Shown: positions 18,863-26,861 of the stretch, piece by piece | How positions within the stretch are numbered: the stretch's first letter is position 1 | How the letters are laid out: every line of letters begins with the position of its first letter | Notes under the pieces: generated by a model | Told to the model about the DNA's origin: nothing | The model's database searches: none | The model's input: the letters and a program-made list of their open reading frames with translations, nothing else | Program-made: the position numbers and the translations under genes | NCBI GenBank assembly: GCA_042218715.1 | Contig: JBDGQU010000197.1 | Location: 1 to 38,501, forward strand | Source: Candidatus Bipolaricaulia bacterium | Lineage (GTDB): Bacteria; Bipolaricaulota; Bipolaricaulia; M55B111 | Direction: 5' to 3' | Length of the DNA stretch: 38,501 nucleotides

Positions 18863-20368
18863 ATGCTCCCACTGTTTGTTGCTATACCTTTAGGAGTTGG
18901 ATTCACCCTACCTTTGATCGAAGAGTTCCGGGAACGAACACGATTGTTTGCCCTTACTGTGATCCTGGAAACCGGATTGCTGCTGGCTCTATCCCTCATC
19001 AAATTTGGTGAAAGAAGTATATACCGTATGGGGGGCTGGCCGCCGCCAATAGGCATCAACTACGTGCTTGATGGGTTGAGCTCTGTTGTTTTAGTCGTGA
19101 TTAGCGCTATAGCTTTCGTGACTTCCCTGTTTTCCCTGACTTACATGAGCGAATACGATAATCTGGGGAAATTTTACGGGTTGTTCTCACTGATGCTTGC
19201 GGGAATGTACGGTGTGACCTTAACGGGCGACGTTTTCAACATGTACGTCTACCTGGAAGTAGCTGCCATAAGCTCGTACGCCCTGGTCGGGTTCAACAGA
19301 GGGGCAGAGGAGCTCGAAGCGTCTTTTAAGTATTTGATTATGGGAGCGTTAGGTTCGATCTTCATATTACTTGGTATAACTATGCTATATGGGTCCGTCG
19401 GCTCACTTAACATTGCCGATATCTCCGTGAGGGTGAGCGAGGTTTCCGACCAATCCTTTATTCTACTAAGTACTGCTCTCTTCATAGTAGGATTCGGTCT
19501 AAAAGCTGCATTTATACCGTTCCATTCCTGGCTACCTGACGCCCACTCGTCAGCACCCACGCCGATTTCAGCAATGTTATCAGGGGTTCTAATAAAGGTT
19601 CTGGGAGTTTACGCCCTCTCGCGGATCCTGTTCAACGGATTGAATCTTCCCCATCTTGCACCCCAGATAATGACCTGGATTGGGGCAGGATCCATGTTTA
19701 TTGGTGGAATGATCGCTCTGGGTCAGTCGGATTTAAAGAGATTACTGGCTTATTCAAGTATCTCTCAGATGGGATACATCACTCTGGGACTGGGTATGGG
19801 AGGCATATTTATCTCTCAGGGCAAGCCCGCGGTGGCTACTCTTGCTCTTATCGGGGGAATTTTCCACCTAGTAAACCACGCCACTTATAAATCGCTACTC
19901 TTCCTGTTTAGTGGAGGTGTCGAACGGCTGTTTGGTACTCGAAATCTATCGGAAATCGGCGGACTAACCAAGGTCAGCCCGGTTTCCGGTGCTACGGGAA
20001 CTATTGGTACGCTATCAATTTCAGGCTTACCTCCGTTCAATGGGTTCTGGAGCAAGTTGGTAATCGTAATAGCGGCAATATGGGGCGGCAAATATCCATT
20101 GGCCGGGATAGTTCTATTTACCAGTGCAATTACACTTGCTTATTATCTTAAAGTCCAAAAGGAGCTATTCCTCGGAGAAGTAATTGGGGAAATAAAGGAA
20201 AAAGGTAAATTATCGCCGGGAATCTACGTTCCTTTATTGATCCTGGCTATCTGTTGCATCGGTCTCGGGTTACTCTATCTCCCTGCAATTCGAGGAGTAG
20301 TGCTTAAACCGGCTGCTCTGGCCCTAAAGGAAGGATCCGAATATACAAAGCTCGTACTCGGCTTATAA
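18863..20368 (+). CDS. mnhD: MrpD/MnhD (MbhH) antiporter subunit
   Basis: GGWPPPIGI, TGD.FN.YV..E, EASFKY, PFHSWLPDAH, LKRLLAYSS, GLPPFNGFWSK. Confidence 0.9.
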   Translation: MLPLFVAIPLGVGFTLPLIEEFRERTRLFALTVILETGLLLALSLIKFGERSIYRMGGWPPPIGINYVLDGLSSVVLVVISAIAFVTSLFSLTYMSEYDNLGKFYGLFSLMLAGMYGVTLTGDVFNMYVYLEVAAISSYALVGFNRGAEELEASFKYLIMGALGSIFILLGITMLYGSVGSLNIADISVRVSEVSDQSFILLSTALFIVGFGLKAAFIPFHSWLPDAHSSAPTPISAMLSGVLIKVLGVYALSRILFNGLNLPHLAPQIMTWIGAGSMFIGGMIALGQSDLKRLLAYSSISQMGYITLGLGMGGIFISQGKPAVATLALIGGIFHLVNHATYKSLLFLFSGGVERLFGTRNLSEIGGLTKVSPVSGATGTIGTLSISGLPPFNGFWSKLVIVIAAIWGGKYPLAGIVLFTSAITLAYYLKVQKELFLGEVIGEIKEKGKLSPGIYVPLLILAICCIGLGLLYLPAIRGVVLKPAALALKEGSEYTKLVLGL

Positions 20369-20371
20369 AAG

Positions 20372-20908
20372 GTGATTACGTTGGAAGAAACACAAACTGA
20401 GCTAAAGTTTTCGAAAACCGTATTTGTATTTGCAATAACGCTGGGGGTCTGGCTTCTATTTACGTGGCCTTTTGCGCCGGTTGACTGGGCAATGATAGTG
20501 GCAGGTTCGCTGGTTTCCCTGCTCTCCGGAATTCTTCTCGGCGGAATAGCTACTGAACACCCGATCAAGGGGCTAAACCCCCTCCGATACTTCTGGGCCG
20601 CCTGTTACGTATTTACCCTCGCCTGGTGGGTTATGGTCGCAAACTTGGACGTAGCTTTCCGGGTATTACACCCCGATGTTCCAATTAATCCGGGAATAGT
20701 CAAAGTAAAGACCAAGCTGGAAAGCGAATCGGCAAAGACAGCTCTGTCCAATTCGATTACCCTGACTCCGGGGACTATGACGGTAGATCTATCCGAGGAT
20801 GGTTATCTTTACGTTCACTGGATAAACGTAAGTTCGACAGAAGTAGAGGAGGCGACTCGTGAGATTGTTGGGAGGTTCGAGTGGCTACTTAGGAGGGTAT
20901 TCGAATGA
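20372..20908 (+). CDS. mnhE: MrpE/MnhE (MbhA) subunit
   Basis: ANLDVA, PINPGIV, NSITLTPGT, LYVHW. Start may be TTG 20381. Confidence 0.9.
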   Translation: MITLEETQTELKFSKTVFVFAITLGVWLLFTWPFAPVDWAMIVAGSLVSLLSGILLGGIATEHPIKGLNPLRYFWAACYVFTLAWWVMVANLDVAFRVLHPDVPINPGIVKVKTKLESESAKTALSNSITLTPGTMTVDLSEDGYLYVHWINVSSTEVEEATREIVGRFEWLLRRVFE

Positions 20909-21162
20909 TTGGTTTTGCTTTGAGTCTTTTGACATTATCGGCTTTTCTCTGTCTGTTCCGCATAGGATCGGGTCCTACCCCCGCCGATAGGATGGTAGGA
21001 ATAGATATCCTAGGAATTCTCGTTGTAGGTTTTTGTGCACTTTTCGCAGTCATCACTGATAGAGCTTTTTATCTGAATATAGCGCTTGCCTGGGGTTTGC
21101 TTTCTTTTATCGGCACCACCGCTTTAGCAAAACATCTGGAGGGTAAGAACTTCGATGAGTGA
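20905..21162 (+). CDS. mnhF: MrpF/MnhF (MbhB) subunit
   Basis: R...GPT.ADR.V..D, LSFIGT.ALAK.LE. Confidence 0.9.
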   Translation: MIGFALSLLTLSAFLCLFRIGSGPTPADRMVGIDILGILVVGFCALFAVITDRAFYLNIALAWGLLSFIGTTALAKHLEGKNFDE

Positions 21163-21478
21163 ATTAGCCGGAAACGCGATTATCATAATAGGAGCCTTGT
21201 TTAACCTTTTCGGCTGTATCGGCTTGATTAGGCTCCCCGACGTCTATAATCGACTTCAGGGGGCGACGAAATGCGTCACGCTCGGGACCTGTTCGATTCT
21301 GTTGGGAGTGCTAATAGGTTCGGGAGTTAGCTCGACAGGAATGAAGGCTCTCGCGGCAATTGTTTTCATAGCTATAACTGCTCCCACCGCCGCTCACGCC
21401 CTTTCCCGAGGCGCCCACAGGTCCGGGATACCGTTATGGGAAGGCAGTGTCGTAGATAAGTACGAGGAGGAAAAATAA
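21155..21478 (+). CDS. mnhG: MrpG/MnhG (MbhC) subunit
   Basis: GLIRLPDVYNRLQ.ATK..TLG, TAP.AAHAL.RGA. Confidence 0.9.
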   Translation: MSELAGNAIIIIGALFNLFGCIGLIRLPDVYNRLQGATKCVTLGTCSILLGVLIGSGVSSTGMKALAAIVFIAITAPTAAHALSRGAHRSGIPLWEGSVVDKYEEEK

Positions 21479-22092
21479 TGCAGAAGCCAAAAATCCGGGA
21501 GCTTGCCGAGGCAATAAGGGCCGTATTCTCTCACAGATTTACGTCTAGATTCCCCAAAGAAGAAGCAGACGTAGCTTCGTCATTTAGGGGAGCACCAGAC
21601 TATCAGGACGATGGATGTATAGGTTGTTCGGGCTGCTACAACGTATGTCCCGCCGACGCCATAGACCTGGAAGATTCAGTTACCGGTACCGACGGTATCA
21701 GACACCTCAGGGTAAACTTTGAAGAATGTATATACTGCGGTCAGTGCGAGAAGTACTGTACGACAGGGGAAGGAATCGAGCTTTCCCAGGAGTATTCACT
21801 TGCGTTCGTAGGGGATGAGGGGCCGTCAACGAGCACGGAGAAGGACCTGGTTATATGTGACGCTTGTGGTGAGGTCCTGGGGACCAAGGATCACGTTCTC
21901 TGGCTCTACAGTAAGCTGGGAAATCTTGCTTATTCAAATCCAAGTATTTTCCTTACTTATCTCGAGAACCTGGACCTTGCCAGAAGGGATAGGTTGAACG
22001 AGCGACCGAGCCACCGCAGCGACAGGGTCAGGGTACTCTGCCCAGAATGCAGAAGGGAATTGACGATAATTGAACAGGGCGAGGAGTCGTAG
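21478..22092 (+). CDS. NuoI/HycF/MbhN-like 2x[4Fe-4S] subunit with an extra C-terminal Cys domain
   Basis: FRGAP, CIGCSGCYNVCP, CIYCGQCEKYC; additional CDAC...CPEC pair. Confidence 0.88.
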   Translation: MQKPKIRELAEAIRAVFSHRFTSRFPKEEADVASSFRGAPDYQDDGCIGCSGCYNVCPADAIDLEDSVTGTDGIRHLRVNFEECIYCGQCEKYCTTGEGIELSQEYSLAFVGDEGPSTSTEKDLVICDACGEVLGTKDHVLWLYSKLGNLAYSNPSIFLTYLENLDLARRDRLNERPSHRSDRVRVLCPECRRELTIIEQGEES

Positions 22093-22393
22093 GAAGGAAA
22101 ATTGCGAAATCAGAGAACGAGATACTGAAAAACTTCTACCAGGGCTTGTCAAGTCGAACTGAGCTAAATTCGGTTATTGGTCCTATCGGTAAATTTTCTG
22201 GGTACGGAAGCACTCTAATTGGTCTTTGCCATCCTACAAATTTCCCCGGGTTGCGGGAGGTTCTGTAACGTAAGATGGCATAAATTACCTGAATAAACTG
22301 CCGGGCGAGAAACTTGATTCCGAGTCTTGGTTTTTACGGAATGTTAGGGCCATCAGGGCGAAAGTAAGCCCCTATCTCCAAAGGTGAGAAATC

Positions 22394-23020
22394 ATGAAAG
22401 AGCCCGATATACCGGAAGAGACCGTTGAAAGGCTTGTGCTCTATTTGCGTCAACTAGAGAAGTTCTATGATGAAGGGAAGAAGTCTATTACTTCCCAGCA
22501 ATTTGCGGAGAAATTACCAGGAATAAACTCTCACAGTTTAAGGAAAGACCTTACCTACTTTGGCACTTACGGAAAAAAAGGTACAGGTTACGACATTTCT
22601 CGGCTGATAAAGGAATTGAGGAGTACTTTAAGTCTCCAAGCTACAAGGAAAGTTGCTTTAGTGGGGGTGGGGAATTTGGGGACTGCCCTATTGAACTATA
22701 ATGAGTTTGGAAAGTGGAATTTTGACATAACTTTTGCCTTTGATAAAGATCCGGAGCTTATCGGTAGCGAGGTCGGAGGAGTCCAAGTAAGGGATCCCAG
22801 GGTAATGGAGAAGGAACTTCGGGCAGAAGGAGTAAAGATGGCCATAATTGCAGTGCCCGGAGATCAGGCTCAAGTCGTGGCGGAGTCCCTTGTCTCCGTT
22901 GCTGTAGAAGGCATACTTAACTTCGCTCCTGTTTTGCTAGATTTACCTGAGGAAGTTAGAGTAGTTCAGCTGGATATCGTATCCCAATTGGAGAAGATGG
23001 ATTTCTATCTGGAGAGATAA
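22394..23020 (+). CDS. rex: Redox-sensing transcriptional repressor Rex
   Basis: IP..TVERL..YLR, LRKDLTYFG.YGKKG.GY, VGVGNLG.AL, ILNFAP. Confidence 0.95.
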   Translation: MKEPDIPEETVERLVLYLRQLEKFYDEGKKSITSQQFAEKLPGINSHSLRKDLTYFGTYGKKGTGYDISRLIKELRSTLSLQATRKVALVGVGNLGTALLNYNEFGKWNFDITFAFDKDPELIGSEVGGVQVRDPRVMEKELRAEGVKMAIIAVPGDQAQVVAESLVSVAVEGILNFAPVLLDLPEEVRVVQLDIVSQLEKMDFYLER

Positions 23021-23080
23021 AGCCTTAAGGCCCGCCGTCGGTAAATCCTTTCATTCCGCCCATGACTATTAGACTGGGGA

Positions 23081-23117
23081 AGTCAAGAACCCCGCCCTGT
23101 GGGCGGGGTTCTTGACT
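23081..23117. repeat. Perfect 17-bp inverted repeat (hairpin)
   Basis: AGTCAAGAACCCCGCCC-TGT-GGGCGGGGTTCTTGACT. Confidence 0.85.
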
Positions 23118-23255
23118 GTTCAATTGAAGGTTAATGAGCTCTTACCAAATGCGTTCGGGGAGTTTATCATCTGATTTACCGTTAGTTGTAAACTTAGGTA
23201 TAATGGCCTTATTATAAGATCGACAACATATTTGACCGAAAAAGGGGAGGAAAAA

Positions 23256-23483
23256 GTGAAAAGAAACGTTGGTGACATTGATAGCAAGATCCGGAGTAGG
23301 CTGGGTCTGATCTTGGTCCTTTTAGGTGTACTGGGGTTTGTGGGATTGTTAAAAGTGGGACTTACCGTCAATATTGTTTTTCTTGCGGCAGGATTAGTAC
23401 TGTTTTTAACCGGGAGCAGCAGGAGGTGCGGTATATATTCGATTTTCGGCTTTGATACCACAAAACCGGAAACGGAGGAGTAA
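23256..23483 (+). CDS. DUF2892/YgaP-like small membrane protein
   Basis: MKRNVG.ID..IR..LG, two TM helices, C.IYS.FG..T; GTG start after GGGGAGG; TATAAT at 23199. Confidence 0.8.
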   Translation: MKRNVGDIDSKIRSRLGLILVLLGVLGFVGLLKVGLTVNIVFLAAGLVLFLTGSSRRCGIYSIFGFDTTKPETEE

Positions 23484-23538
23484 CTAACCAATTCGAATTA
23501 GTGGCTTTTAATGTAAATAATTTACGGGCGAGGTAAGG

Positions 23539-24885
23539 GTGAAGGAAGATAATGTAACTTTTGTAATTCTGGGCGGTACGGGGGACCTCGCGAAAAGAAA
23601 ATTGTTGCCGTCCCTTCTAAATCTCTATAAAAAAGGCAAGCTTAAGGATTTTGACGTAATCGGGACCTCTCGTGAAAATCTCACCCGGGAAGAATACGTG
23701 GAAAGAGTTGGCGTAGATGTAGAAGAGGAAGAAGTGTGGAAGGATTTTAGCCAACACATTCACTTTAGCCAGTTGGATTTCTACGACCCCGAAGATTATG
23801 AGGGGTTACGGGAGGAAATTTTAGATTGTAGCGACCACAGGTTGTTTTACCTGGCGACTCTTCCCGGACATTTCGACGTAATAACGGATAACCTGGCCAG
23901 ATGGGACCTGGTAAATGATAACTCTAAGTTATTATACGAAAAACCTTTCGGGAATGATTTAGCTTCTGCCCGAGAATTAAACGAGTCCATTGGTAGTTTG
24001 TTTCCGGAGGATAAGATCTATCGGATCGATCACTATCTTGACAAGGAACTCGTAGGGAACCTAGCTATTTTGAGGTTTTCCAATTCAATTTTCGAGCCGA
24101 TTCTCAATTCTAATTACGTGGATCACGTTCAGATAATTGCCAGCGAAAATTTTGGTGTAGAAGCAAGGGGGGAGTTTTACGATAATTACGGAGCTATAAA
24201 AGACTTTTTCCAGAGCCATCTTCTCCAGTTGCTTTCCCTGGTTGCAATGTCTCCTCCGAACCATCTGGACGCGAAGTGCATAAGGGACGAAAAGGTAAAA
24301 GTGTTGAGGAGTGTAGAGATCATGGATTTAATCACCGGACAGTACGAGGGTTATCAAACCGAAGATGGAGTGGAGGAGGGGTCTGATACAGAAACTCTTG
24401 TCGCCGCAAAGGCGGGAATTCGGGAGTCCCGCTGGAAGGACGTCCCTTTTTATTTGTTCTCAGGTAAAAACCTGGTTAAGAAATATGCCAGTATTTACGT
24501 TCAATTTAACCAAAAATTCCGTTCTCTCGGGCCTGGAGAGAAGACTGTTCCTAATGCGCTGGTAGTAAGCATACAGCCCGACAGCGGAATTCATTTTACC
24601 ATAAATACAAAAATCCCCGGGGATATGAACTCAGAACCCGCTAAGATGGAATTTTGCCATGCCTGCCATCACGGTCCTAATACCCCAAGTGCGTACGAGA
24701 ACCTTCTGTCTCAAGCTATGGCGGGAGACCAGCGGTCATTTGTTCGGTACGACGAAATAGAGGAACAGTGGAAAATAACCGAGGGCATGAAAGTTCCGAA
24801 ACCTTTTACGTACAAAGTTGGGAAAATTCCTCCCGCGGTAAATTCTTTTATAGGGGATAGACAGTGGCACGGGCTAAATGAATAG
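23539..24885 (+). CDS. zwf: Glucose-6-phosphate 1-dehydrogenase
   Basis: GGTGDLAKRKL, EKPFG.DL.SA..LN, RIDHYL.KE, YDNYGAIKD..Q.HLLQ. Confidence 0.93.
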   Translation: MKEDNVTFVILGGTGDLAKRKLLPSLLNLYKKGKLKDFDVIGTSRENLTREEYVERVGVDVEEEEVWKDFSQHIHFSQLDFYDPEDYEGLREEILDCSDHRLFYLATLPGHFDVITDNLARWDLVNDNSKLLYEKPFGNDLASARELNESIGSLFPEDKIYRIDHYLDKELVGNLAILRFSNSIFEPILNSNYVDHVQIIASENFGVEARGEFYDNYGAIKDFFQSHLLQLLSLVAMSPPNHLDAKCIRDEKVKVLRSVEIMDLITGQYEGYQTEDGVEEGSDTETLVAAKAGIRESRWKDVPFYLFSGKNLVKKYASIYVQFNQKFRSLGPGEKTVPNALVVSIQPDSGIHFTINTKIPGDMNSEPAKMEFCHACHHGPNTPSAYENLLSQAMAGDQRSFVRYDEIEEQWKITEGMKVPKPFTYKVGKIPPAVNSFIGDRQWHGLNE

Positions 24886-24941
24886 TTATAGCTCCCCGAG
24901 ATTAATTTTTAATTTTCTTTTTTGTAAAGGGTATTGAGTTA

Positions 24942-25691
24942 ATGAAGAACGTAAAGACTATCTATGAGCCCGACTTGTCGGAGTTATCGTTGTCTGCGGT
25001 AAAGGCTTTTTTTGGGGCATTGAAGGAGTTGTCGGACTTAAAGGAGAAAATAGTTGTGTCCCTTCCAGGTGGAAGATCAGTTCGGAGCTTTTTCTCGGTT
25101 ATAGCGGAAAAATCCGACCTTTTACCCCGACCCGTCTGGACGAAAGTTCACCTTTTCTGGACTGACGAGAGGCTGGTATCACCTGAAGCAAACGGGAGCA
25201 ATTACGGGCTGGCCGAGGAACTGTTCCTAAAGAAATTAAGGTCCGAGAATCGGATAGAAGAGGATCAAATTCATCGATTCCCAGGAGAAAAGACAAACGT
25301 GAGTGAAGCCTTGATAAAGTACCGAAACGAACTTAGGAAAATATCCGGGGGGATCGTTCACCTTCCGGTGCTGGGAGTGGGGTCGGACGGACACGTCGGT
25401 TCTCTTTTCCCCGACCGTTCAGAGCTTTCAGGAGATGAAAGAGAATTTTTGCTCGTTCAGGACTCACCCAAGCCGCCGAAGAAGCGAATAACGATTTCCC
25501 CAAGTGTAATTAGGAAATCTTTTTATCCGTTTCTGTTTTTTCTTGGTGAAGAAAAACGTGAAGCCTATGAATGCTTCAATAATAGCGCTCGGGACTACGT
25601 TGATTGTCCTTGTAAGCTGGCACTTAGCGGAGATAGGGGGACCTGCTTTGTAATAACGGATATGAGATTGGCCCCCGATCGTAGTCCTTAA
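24942..25691 (+). CDS. pgl: 6-phosphogluconolactonase
   Basis: LPGGRS, FWTDERLV, SNY, LGVGSDGHVGSLFP, PKPP..RIT; adjacent to zwf. Confidence 0.85.
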   Translation: MKNVKTIYEPDLSELSLSAVKAFFGALKELSDLKEKIVVSLPGGRSVRSFFSVIAEKSDLLPRPVWTKVHLFWTDERLVSPEANGSNYGLAEELFLKKLRSENRIEEDQIHRFPGEKTNVSEALIKYRNELRKISGGIVHLPVLGVGSDGHVGSLFPDRSELSGDEREFLLVQDSPKPPKKRITISPSVIRKSFYPFLFFLGEEKREAYECFNNSARDYVDCPCKLALSGDRGTCFVITDMRLAPDRSP

Positions 25692-25748
25692 TTCAATTCT
25701 TCCCTTGATATTCAGGACCGGGATTGTCAACGGGGGAAATGATTATCC

Positions 25749-25776
25749 TTGCGAACGTATCTAGCTGTAATATACT
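25749..25776 (+). promoter_or_regulatory. Possible sigma70 promoter upstream of the structured segment
   Basis: TTGCGA-16 bp-TATACT. Confidence 0.4.
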
Positions 25777-25784
25777 TTTTAATA

Positions 25785-25994
25785 GGACCAAAATTACCGG
25801 TTTCGACCTGGTAGATTAACAGGGAAGAGTTAACCGAAAACTTATTTGATAAACGGGAGTTGGTCCAGCACCCAGTTTAATATGGACTTCGAACGTGAAA
25901 CCAGTTTACAGAAGACAAGTTTTTGGTGAAAGTCTTTACCACCGGTTGATTATCGATATTAAACTGGGTGCTGGGTGAAAGCCCTGGAAGAGGG
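25785..25994 (+). ncRNA. Candidate structured non-coding RNA or leader of unknown family
   Basis: Multibranch domain closed by GGACCAA/TTGGTCC, then a 19-bp perfect stem domain, then a CCCT/AGGG hairpin; folded by eye only. Confidence 0.4.
25865..25974. repeat. 110-bp element bounded by perfect 19-bp inverted repeats
   Basis: CCAGCACCCAGTTTAATAT (25865-25883) and ATATTAAACTGGGTGCTGG (25956-25974); GT on both flanks. Confidence 0.85.
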
Positions 25995-26186
25995 ACTTAA
26001 TTTAACGCTTTAGATATAACCTAGCAGGTGAAGTTAACTAAATTTCTCAAATAGGGACGATTTTTATTTTAGACTTAATTAGAAGTTGGTCTTAGGGGAG
26101 AGAAACGCACGACTTAGGTAGGATTTAGTCCAAGTTCGATTTGAGTATAAATTGTTTATTTGGAGGACTTTACAAGGGAGGTAAAT

Positions 26187-26696
26187 ATGGCTGTTAGCTC
26201 GGATTCGTTAGAAATGGCTATTGAGTTAGAGCAGGAAGGTCACGATTACTACGAGGAGCACGCTTCCGAAACCGAAAATACTTTCGTAAAAAGCGTACTG
26301 GAGAAACTAGCTGACCGGGAGCTGGAACATATAAAGGTGATAAAGGAGATAGCTAAAGGAAAGTCAGTAACGGAAGTAAACTTAGTGGATATGGATCTCG
26401 AGGAAGAGACCAGGAAAACTTTTGAAGAATTTACAAAGAGTGAGCAAGAAGGATGGAAGGACGAAAAAGTTACTGTCTACGATCACGCAATAGAGCTTGA
26501 AGAGAAACTAGCGGAGCTCTATAAGGAATTAGCGGAGAAAACCGAGGACGAAGAAGAAAAAGAGTTCTTTACGGCGTTGATGGAGGAGGAGGACAAGCAT
26601 TACGATACCCTATACAACGTGTTTTATTACCTAACTGATCATGATCGCTGGATGGCCGAGACGGAAGGACAAATTTGGGGCTGGATGAATACGTAG
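26187..26696 (+). CDS. Ferritin-like (rubrerythrin-family) diiron protein without rubredoxin domain
   Basis: Duplicated A..LE.......Y / E..H pattern (ELEH, EDKH); ATG 26187 after GGGAGG. Confidence 0.85.
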   Translation: MAVSSDSLEMAIELEQEGHDYYEEHASETENTFVKSVLEKLADRELEHIKVIKEIAKGKSVTEVNLVDMDLEEETRKTFEEFTKSEQEGWKDEKVTVYDHAIELEEKLAELYKELAEKTEDEEEKEFFTALMEEEDKHYDTLYNVFYYLTDHDRWMAETEGQIWGWMNT

Positions 26697-26822
26697 GATT
26701 TTTGGATTAGCAGTTTCATAATAAGTAAGTAAGTGAGAGAGTCGTACGCCTTAGGATGAAGTAGGCGTAGTTATCTAGTGGCGGTTGGTTTTTGGCCCGG
26801 GAAGTATATAACGGTACAGGCA

Positions 26823-26850
26823 TACCTCGCCAAACTGGCGGGGTAATTTT
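26823..26850 (+). terminator. Terminator-like hairpin immediately upstream of pheA
   Basis: TACCTCGCCA-AAC-TGGCGGGGTA followed by ATTTT. Confidence 0.5.
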
Positions 26851-26861
26851 AGTTATCGCCG

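Noticed and set aside
12581-22092. Respiratory complex I (nuo) or Mbx/Mbs sulfane reductase
   Set aside because: The large subunit keeps both CxxC Ni-binding motifs and the small subunit has CxxC rather than adjacent CC; no NuoA/E/F/G.
22227-22280. Imperfect hairpin TGCCATC..GATGGCA upstream of rex as a riboswitch
   Set aside because: No recognisable aptamer motif or U-tract; probably a 3' stabilising stem of the operon.
26010-26135. TTAG-rich words upstream of the ferritin-like gene as DtxR/MntR boxes
   Set aside because: Symmetry and spacing match the consensus too poorly to support a call.
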